Source: Rubripirellula sp.
GTDB taxonomy: Bacteria; Planctomycetota; Planctomycetia; Pirellulales; Pirellulaceae
NCBI GenBank assembly: GCA_965216875.1
Contig: OZ244207.1
Coordinates: 7,968,001 to 8,032,000 of the forward strand
DNA length: 64,000 bases
Reading direction: 5' to 3'
Under the pieces are notes generated by a model. The model searched no databases. It was not told the DNA's origin and saw only the letters and a list, made by a program, of their open reading frames with translations. Shown in pieces: positions 57,305-64,000 of this stretch (positions within the stretch are counted from its first letter, which is position 1; each line of letters starts with the position of its first letter). Position numbers and translations under genes: made by a program.

Positions 57305-58777
57305 TCACCCCAGGTTGAGTGGCCCGAAACGTTGCAGATAGTCCCCCAGTTTCAGCTTTTTTCGGGTGCTGTCACTGGTCATGTACCGGACGCTCCCGAA
57401 AACGGGCCGCTTCGGCCCCCAGGCCCGGTCATATCGCCCCAGGACCCAAAAGATTCCGCTGTACGAATTCGGGTCACGACCGTCGAGGGCGTATTTGTTG
57501 TTCAGGTGGATCATGGTCGCCAACGCTTCTTGGGGCGTCGCTGACCAATGCAGGATCTTTTTGCCCCACAGCATCCGCAAGTAGTTGTGCATCACCCCAG
57601 TCGACCCAAGCTGCCGTTGGGCCGCATTCCAGAGTTCGTCGTGGGTCTCGGCCCGCTCGAATTGATCGAGGTCGTACAGATACGGTCGCGGGTCGCTGGC
57701 ATGTTCGGCGAGCGTTGCCAGAGCCCAATCGGGCAGCGAATCGAATTGGTCGTACTGGCCGGGGCGCCGGTGGGTCTGGTTGAAACCCATTTCGCGCCAG
57801 GTGAGCACTTGGTCCAAGAATGCTTCCGCCGCGGGGGATGCATTCCAGAATCCGTGGTTCTTTCCGTTTGGCTTGGACGCTTGGTCGGGCGTCCACTCTT
57901 GTTGGTCCAGCAGGTCACACACAACCTGGTGTGCCGAAATGTGCCCGAAGTGATAGTACGGACTCAATCCCGACGTCCCCGCCAACGCGGGATGATTGCG
58001 ATCGTCGTCGTAGCCAGCCAAGGCCGATCCCAAAAAGGAACGCCACCGACGTTGGGCCTCGACTTGTCCCCCTTCGATCGGCGCCGGCCCGACGCCGTGA
58101 TCGATCGGTATCGCGGCCAAGCCATCATCGCCGAGAAGGGTTGCGAAATCAGCAGGCTTCCAGCGACGGGTGATCGATGCTGGAAGCTTGTCGAGTTTTG
58201 GCAATTTGACGCGCGCGGCAGGATCGGCTTTGGGTGTTTCCAGGAGGACATCAAGGATGTTCTTTTGCATCCAGCGCCGATAGCTGTGGGCGACCGTGAA
58301 GGTTCGATCGGGCAGACGCAAAGGAACCAGTCCGTTACCGTCGACCAATTCGAGGTGGGCGGGCAGTCGATGCCGCACCGCCTCGATCATGTCTGGCAAA
58401 AAGAAACAGGGGTATTCATCGGTCACCACTGTGCAGGCGCGTTTTGCAAGCTGCGAAAGAAGCGGTGTCCCCCGCCCCGGTTCCGGTTCGACGTAGGGGA
58501 AGTAGCTGACCGAGGTCTTTGCAAACGCCGCGGCGTTGTCTCGCATCCCTTCGATCACAAATCGGTGCATCCGGTCGCTCGCCCAGCGATAACGCGTTCG
58601 AAGCGGCTCGAACACAAGCAGCGGCTTGCCGAGTGATTTCGCGCGGTCGACCGCGTGCTGGAGTGCGAAATTGAATCGCGTTCGCCGCTGGGCAATCATC
58701 CAGTAGAGGACGTAGTCGCCAGAGTCACGAATGGCGACGTCGTTGGCAGCGGTTAATCGAGAGAGTGGGATTCCCAT
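57305..58777 (-). CDS. Class II CPD photolyase (deoxyribodipyrimidine photolyase)
   Basis: YVLYWM, SGLSPYYHFGHIS, THDELWNAAQ, MHNYLRMLWGKKIL, DGRDPNSY. Confidence 0.9.
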   Translation of the reverse strand: MGIPLSRLTAANDVAIRDSGDYVLYWMIAQRRTRFNFALQHAVDRAKSLGKPLLVFEPLRTRYRWASDRMHRFVIEGMRDNAAAFAKTSVSYFPYVEPEPGRGTPLLSQLAKRACTVVTDEYPCFFLPDMIEAVRHRLPAHLELVDGNGLVPLRLPDRTFTVAHSYRRWMQKNILDVLLETPKADPAARVKLPKLDKLPASITRRWKPADFATLLGDDGLAAIPIDHGVGPAPIEGGQVEAQRRWRSFLGSALAGYDDDRNHPALAGTSGLSPYYHFGHISAHQVVCDLLDQQEWTPDQASKPNGKNHGFWNASPAAEAFLDQVLTWREMGFNQTHRRPGQYDQFDSLPDWALATLAEHASDPRPYLYDLDQFERAETHDELWNAAQRQLGSTGVMHNYLRMLWGKKILHWSATPQEALATMIHLNNKYALDGRDPNSYSGIFWVLGRYDRAWGPKRPVFGSVRYMTSDSTRKKLKLGDYLQRFGPLNLG

Positions 58778-58830
58778 TGCGTCGCTGCGAACCATTCCAT
58801 GCGTTTAGTCAAGCTTTCGACGCGGGATTA

Positions 58831-59733
58831 TCACTCGGCGTCAACCATTTTGCGTTTGACCATCGTGATCTCGTTGCCCACTTTATTGTGCTTGACCTCG
58901 TCCATGAACGCGTTGATCAGTAACAATCCTCGTCCACCCGCCTTTTCGAGATTCTCGGGGTCGGTCGGGTCGACAAGTGACGAGGGATCGAAGCCTGGGC
59001 CTTCATCGCGAACGACAAAGGTTGCTTCGTTGGTGGTGGCGTGCAGCCGCACAAAGACGCGGCGATCACAATACGGCTTTTCCGTTTTGCGTTTTGCGAT
59101 TAGATCGACGTAGGGTTTGCCATCGTCGGTTTGGCGCAGATCCGACGAAACTTCCAGGTTGCCATGCACCATCGCATTGACCAAAGATTCATCGAGTGCC
59201 ATGGCGATTTGCATCCGTTCACCTTCGTCGAACAGCTCCAACTCGACCAAGGGTTGTTCGAGCCGGGTGATCACCTTGGGGACCATTGTCTCGTCGTTGC
59301 TCAGGTTCAGTTCGACCATGTTGGCCACCGCGAACTTGGCGACCGCCTTTGCCGATTGAGCCGCTTCGACCACCGACAGGACTTGCCGTACGGTGGGGGC
59401 AAGCGTTGACATCATGTCGCGTTTGGGGACGTAGCTGGCTGCGCCCTTTTGCAATGCCTCGGCGGCGATCTCTTCGCTTCCCTGGCTCGTCGTCAAGATG
59501 ACGGGGATCGTGGGAGCGTTTTGGTTGACGGCAGCAACCAAGTCGAGCCCATTCATGCCTGGCATCTGTAGGTCGGTGACGACGGCACTCGGCGGATCAG
59601 CCAGGATTTGTTCGTAGGCGACTTGGCCATCGTCGGCCGTCTTGACCTCGTAGCCATCCTTTTCCAGCACCAACTGCAACTGACGCAGCTGGGTGGGACT
59701 GTCATCGACAACAAGGATGTGGTTTAGAGACAT
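58831..59733 (-). CDS. Response regulator receiver fused to RsbW-like HATPase
   Basis: ILVVDD, TDLQMPGMNG, YVPK; ESLVNAMVHGN, DEGPGF, GGRGLLLI. Confidence 0.9.
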   Translation of the reverse strand: MSLNHILVVDDSPTQLRQLQLVLEKDGYEVKTADDGQVAYEQILADPPSAVVTDLQMPGMNGLDLVAAVNQNAPTIPVILTTSQGSEEIAAEALQKGAASYVPKRDMMSTLAPTVRQVLSVVEAAQSAKAVAKFAVANMVELNLSNDETMVPKVITRLEQPLVELELFDEGERMQIAMALDESLVNAMVHGNLEVSSDLRQTDDGKPYVDLIAKRKTEKPYCDRRVFVRLHATTNEATFVVRDEGPGFDPSSLVDPTDPENLEKAGGRGLLLINAFMDEVKHNKVGNEITMVKRKMVDAE

Positions 59734-59972
59734 AAGTTGGGGCTAGTGTTTTGTCCGATCCAGCAAGTCAAATGGAAAACGCTGAAAATCCGGCCATCGC
59801 GTTGGTTGGCGTTTTGACCGCAGGCAATTTGGGCATAGATCATAACGGGCGGCGATCACGAATGCGCGGGCACCAAACGCCAGCACCAAAACGCGATCAC
59901 GGAGGTGCGATCACACAGGCGCGGGTCGCGGGGGCCCATGAGACCTTACGGGTGGTGGGCACGCCTCACGAC

Positions 59973-60026
59973 GCCCATCGGACCTCGACGGCCCATCGGA
60001 TCTCGACGGCCCGTCGGACCTCGGGG
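59973..60026 (+). repeat. Three tandem 18-bp units in a divergent intergenic region
   Basis: GCCCATCGGACCTCGACG / GCCCATCGGATCTCGACG / GCCCGTCGGACCTCGGGG. Confidence 0.75.
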
Positions 60027-60254
60027 AAGTCCAGTGGTGCGAAGGGCGTTTTTTCAACGGCTCTTCCCATTCGCACCGCTTTTGATTCTAACGTGTCAAA
60101 GCGACCGATGCGCCGCCAGCGTCCTGTATTGGGGCCACGTTCGCACTGTCTGGCCGCAGCCACGCCTGACAATCGCGACAATGCGACTATCCTCGATCGC
60201 ATTGCAACGCCTGACGTTTGACCAAGCCCGACTGTTCGCTTCGAGACTGCTGAA

Positions 60255-61541
60255 TTGCCCCGTTGGCGACGCCGAAATCGAATCCGTCTGTTTTTGGTGA
60301 TCTTTACGATCGCCATGACGATGGTTGCCTATGTCTTTGGGCTCTCATTCCTGCAATCAGCCGGGATTTCGTACCTCAAGCCGCAGCAGCTCTTCATTCC
60401 GCGGTTGATGGACGTGGTCAACGTGGTCTGGTTGTTTTTTGTTAGTAGCGCGATTGGCAGTTTCTTGAATGTGGTTGCTTGGCGCATGCCTCGGGGCGAA
60501 AGCGTCAATGGACGTTCCTATTGCCCGCGTTGTCAGACCCAGCTCAAAGCACGAGACAACTTCCCCGTTTTCGGCTGGCTTGCTCTCGGGGGACGGTGCC
60601 GCACCTGCCGATTGCCGATTTCGCCGCGATATCCCATCGTCGAAGCGGTCGTTGGCATCACGCTGACCGTGGTGGGTGTCTTTGAACTCTATCGCCTCGC
60701 GTTGCCGAATCAGTTGGTCTTTTGGCATGGCGGGCCACTTTGGACGCCACACATTGATCAGCAATTACTGTTCACCGTGACTTACCACATCGTGGTCCTC
60801 AGTTTCGCTTGGGCCTTTGGTTTGATTCGCATGGATGGCAAGCCGCTTCCAGCAAAACTGGTCGCAACCGCAATGGCGGTGCTCGTCATTCCAATGCTTG
60901 CCCTGCCAATGTTGATGGTCGTGCCGTGGCAGACTGTCTATCCGGTTGATCCCCAAGACTGGGATCCGAGTGGACTTTATATCGACGCATTGATGCGCGT
61001 GATCACGTCGGTTGCGATTGCCGTTGTCATCGGGCGTTTCCTGGGACGCAGTCTCTGTCCTGGTGCCGACCCAAAACTCGATCCACTGGGGTGGCGCACA
61101 CGGCGGTTGCTCGATCTGATCGCCATCCTTTGCGTGCCTGCCATCTTGCTGGGCTGGCATGCGACGGCAGCCATCACCGTGGTGGCCGCGCTGTTTGCAG
61201 CGATCTCAAAACGATGCGTTCCCGATTCATGTGACTCGCTCGGCCGACTCGCTGTGGCGATGCCGATCGCAACCGCACTTGCGTTGTGCCTGTGGCGATT
61301 CCTTGAACAGGTGCCGTTTTGGCCCGGAGTCGGCAAGTCACCCTGGACGATCCTGGTTTGGTTTGCCCTCCTGTTCATTGTGCCGATATGGCTCAAGGAT
61401 CCCGCAGACGCGAATCTCAATCCTGCTCCAACGCCATTCAGTGGCGCAGAAGATGACGAGGATGAAGAAGAGGATGATGAGGGCGACGACGAAGAGTTCG
61501 GTGAAGAACGAGCCGACCGTGATTCACCCGAAGTGGTTTGA
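60255..61541 (+). CDS. Prepilin peptidase (A24) N-terminal-domain membrane protein
   Basis: GSFLNVVAWRMP, CPRC, CRTC, ISPRYPIVE; multiple TMs; acidic tail. Confidence 0.85.
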   Translation: MPRWRRRNRIRLFLVIFTIAMTMVAYVFGLSFLQSAGISYLKPQQLFIPRLMDVVNVVWLFFVSSAIGSFLNVVAWRMPRGESVNGRSYCPRCQTQLKARDNFPVFGWLALGGRCRTCRLPISPRYPIVEAVVGITLTVVGVFELYRLALPNQLVFWHGGPLWTPHIDQQLLFTVTYHIVVLSFAWAFGLIRMDGKPLPAKLVATAMAVLVIPMLALPMLMVVPWQTVYPVDPQDWDPSGLYIDALMRVITSVAIAVVIGRFLGRSLCPGADPKLDPLGWRTRRLLDLIAILCVPAILLGWHATAAITVVAALFAAISKRCVPDSCDSLGRLAVAMPIATALALCLWRFLEQVPFWPGVGKSPWTILVWFALLFIVPIWLKDPADANLNPAPTPFSGAEDDEDEEEDDEGDDEEFGEERADRDSPEVV

Positions 61542-61574
61542 TCGGATGAGCCGTGTCACTGAGTTGTCAGTTCG

Positions 61575-62072
61575 TCACTGGGTCGGTCGAGGACGCAACT
61601 GACAGAAGAGGGCTTTCTTTTGGTCGGGTAACGAGAAATCGAAACCGCAGCCCTGTAAAAAGTTCTCCGACGAGCTGATCGCCATCACTTCCATGACGCC
61701 AAGGCTTCGAGCCCGTTCGACGCATTCGGAAACGAGTGCTCGGCCGATCCCGCTGCTTTGACAATGCTTGGCGACCGCGAGGCATTGCAGTTCGGCAAGT
61801 TTGGCACTGTAGACTTCGATCGCCGCGAAACCGACGATTTTCAAGGGCCCAGCATTCTTGCCGGTTTCGTCCGCCACCGGTTGTTCCGCTACAAAACCGT
61901 GCCGGGTCAATTCGATCACTTCGGCTTCGGTACGTGAGAGCAACAGTCGCTGCATCACGTAGGGGCGCATCAATGCATGGATGGCAGCAGCGTCTGCGGG
62001 CGCAGCTTGGCGAATCACCGTTCCATCAGGTAACTGCGTCAGCGAACTGTCGGCGGAACGTGAATCGCTCAA
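61575..62072 (-). CDS. GNAT acetyltransferase, short ArgA-like
   Basis: LLLSR, IVGFAAI, AELQCLAV, QSSGIGRALV; 4-nt overlap with aroDE. Confidence 0.8.
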   Translation of the reverse strand: MSDSRSADSSLTQLPDGTVIRQAAPADAAAIHALMRPYVMQRLLLSRTEAEVIELTRHGFVAEQPVADETGKNAGPLKIVGFAAIEVYSAKLAELQCLAVAKHCQSSGIGRALVSECVERARSLGVMEVMAISSSENFLQGCGFDFSLPDQKKALFCQLRPRPTQ

Positions 62073-63559
62073 TTCAATTGGACGGGGTTGGTAGCTTGCT
62101 TGACCGTGTCACGCATCAATCCGGTGGGCGCCTCGCGTCCGGTGAAGAGTTTGAATTGGTAGGCGGCTTGTCGAACGAACATGTCGACACCCGTAATGAT
62201 GCGTGCCTTGGCTTGTTTGGCTTGTTTGATCAAGAGCGTGTTTTCGGGATTGTAGACCGTGTCGAATACAACCATGTATTCGTTCAGCGCCGTCGAGTTG
62301 TAGGGGCTACTGTCGACATCGGGATGCATGCCCACCGGGGTGCCGTTGACCAACAGGTGAGGCCGGAACTCGTGTCGGAGTTCCCATTCGACCGCCCGGC
62401 AACCGATTTGGGAGGCGAGCAATTGCGATCGTTCCATATTCCGCGAAGTGATGGTCACTTCGCAGTGGCGTTGTCGCAGTCCCCAAGCGATGGCTCGCGA
62501 AACACCGCCAGCACCAAGCACGAGCGCTTTCTTGCCTTGCATCGGTCGTTCAACGTTCTTGTCGATCTTGAACGACTCTTCGATGCAATCCATCGCAGCG
62601 CGATAGTCGGTGTTGTATCCCAATACATCGTCGCCATGGACCACCATTGTATTGATCGCACCGATCCCGGTCGCGCTCGATTCGGCCTGAGTGCAATAGT
62701 CTACGGCCGCCTCTTTGTGCGGGATTGTGATGCTAATCCCGTGCACACCTAACTCACCACAAGAATCCATGAAGTGATGCAGGTCATCTTTCGGGACACG
62801 GAACGGAAGGTAGCAGGCGTTGAGACCTTCTTTTTGGAATGCCGTGTTGTGGATCAGCGGGCTGTAGCTGTGAGCGACGGGGTCGGCGATCACACCAAAC
62901 AACTCGGTCGATGCGTCGATCTTTTCGTAGTTGTAGAGATTGGCCATCTCTTTCCAGTCAAGTTGGCCAGGTGCGATCTTCTTGCCGCTTCCGTAGGTTG
63001 CGTAAGTGAATGGCGAACCGACGCGATTGGCCAAGATGCGCGTCAACATTCCCATCTCGCCCATGCAGATACCGATTGTTGGCACCCTCGCATTTTGGCA
63101 AAGCTTGATCATGCGAATGTTGTCTTTGAAGGTGTTTGCCATCGTCGCAATCTTGACGATATCGGCATCCTCTTCAGCCATCGCTTCGTGCAGCTCTTCC
63201 AGATTGTCAGGCGTTCCTGAGAAGTCGTGGAAGCTGATGATTCGTTTTGTGGTTCCGTAACGAGGAATCTGTGCAGCGACGTCGGCTTCAATGTCGACGT
63301 ATTCGACACCTGTTGCGATCGCGCTGCGCAGAAGCATCATCCGTTCCTGCTCGGTCTTCATCCATCGCCCGCCATCGTTGCGGCGACGGACGGTGATCAC
63401 GGCAGGGGTCGGGCGTTCGTCTAATAGGCGTCCAAGATTGACCGCACGACCGATGTAGTCCAGACGCAGCTCGACGAGCTTGACACCCTGTTCAGCAAGG
63501 AATTTGTGTTCGGCGATCATCCGCTTGTGGCGGGCGCGGCCAAGGCTAACGCAAATCAT
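62069..63559 (-). CDS. aroE: Bifunctional type I 3-dehydroquinate dehydratase / shikimate dehydrogenase
   Basis: ELRLD, ISFHDF, DIVKIA, APGQ (AroD); HSYSP, TIPHK, GAINT, NTD, GAGG, NGTPVGM (AroE). Confidence 0.93.
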   Translation of the reverse strand: MICVSLGRARHKRMIAEHKFLAEQGVKLVELRLDYIGRAVNLGRLLDERPTPAVITVRRRNDGGRWMKTEQERMMLLRSAIATGVEYVDIEADVAAQIPRYGTTKRIISFHDFSGTPDNLEELHEAMAEEDADIVKIATMANTFKDNIRMIKLCQNARVPTIGICMGEMGMLTRILANRVGSPFTYATYGSGKKIAPGQLDWKEMANLYNYEKIDASTELFGVIADPVAHSYSPLIHNTAFQKEGLNACYLPFRVPKDDLHHFMDSCGELGVHGISITIPHKEAAVDYCTQAESSATGIGAINTMVVHGDDVLGYNTDYRAAMDCIEESFKIDKNVERPMQGKKALVLGAGGVSRAIAWGLRQRHCEVTITSRNMERSQLLASQIGCRAVEWELRHEFRPHLLVNGTPVGMHPDVDSSPYNSTALNEYMVVFDTVYNPENTLLIKQAKQAKARIITGVDMFVRQAAYQFKLFTGREAPTGLMRDTVKQATNPVQLN

Positions 63560-64000
63560 GAAGTAAGAAACAGTCGATGAAGATGGGTCGGTCGTGAATT
63601 CAATAGGGCCAGCGGTCCGATTCGGCCCCCAAGACGATCAAAGCTCAGCCCAGTCGATCGAGACTCGGCAAGTGGATCAAGGTTGGGCGGTACCGTGGTG
63701 AACACCTCGGGATGCTGCCAAAAATGCAAAGCCTATAATAGATGCGGTCCGGGCATCGAGCGGGGGTGTTTACACATTCCTGCGAGGACACATTGCAAAC
63801 CTCGGCATTTGGGCCAGTTTCAAGCCGCAAAACCGCCTTATTCGTCATGAGTCTTCCATTTCACCTAGTCAATAAAGCTGAACCGGTTTCCGAAAGTCGG
63901 GCTGCCCAGAATTGGGCTACCAAGAATCGACGATTCGCCCGTTTGGCTGCATTGATGACACCTTTCCACGTCACCCCGTTCGCTTTGGCGTCCGTTTTGG

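Noticed and set aside
57548..58636. 362-aa plus-strand ORF
   Set aside because: Antisense shadow of the photolyase gene with no recognisable motifs
62069..63559. AroD-AroE fusion as a novelty
   Set aside because: Known arrangement in planctomycetes, chlamydiae and plants
63560..64000. 67-aa ORF and flanking sequence
   Set aside because: No coding signature; probably the aroDE upstream region
1..64000. Prophage, IS/RAYT transposase, integrase, tRNA or rRNA
   Set aside because: No such motifs were recognised in the ORF track or sequence

Overview
64 kb of bacterial chromosome, almost certainly a planctomycete of the Pirellulaceae type. The evidence is a DUF1549/DUF1553 cytochrome plus DUF1501 pair, DUF1559 domains, LE(P/G)RxxL N-termini, ECF/Ser-Thr-kinase modules, an AroD-AroE fusion and GTAG/GTGAG REP-like repeats. 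Housekeeping genes (ppi, argJ, rpmA, infA, rpsI, rplM, aroDE, class II photolyase) alternate with envelope and signalling loci. No rRNA, tRNA, CRISPR array, prophage or transposase was recognised. The strongest candidate for an undescribed system is 23161-28994: an ECF sigma factor translationally coupled to a 1764-aa alpha-2-macroglobulin. That protein has an anti-sigma-like cytoplasmic N-terminus, a TM anchor, an intact CFEQ thioester motif, and a TM hairpin with an internal lipobox next to the bait region, suggesting a protease trap wired to transcription. Other notable items are a 1922-aa surface protein with three tandem leaderless pilin-like DUF1559 domains and a duplicated unknown domain; a membrane-tethered polymorphic-toxin-like domain followed by a Cys-rich partner and a Hint-like mini-gene; an ECF with an SPSD region-2.2 motif next to a TPR kinase; and nested REP elements that supply gene stop codons. 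All family calls come from motif recognition by eye; no database search was run.
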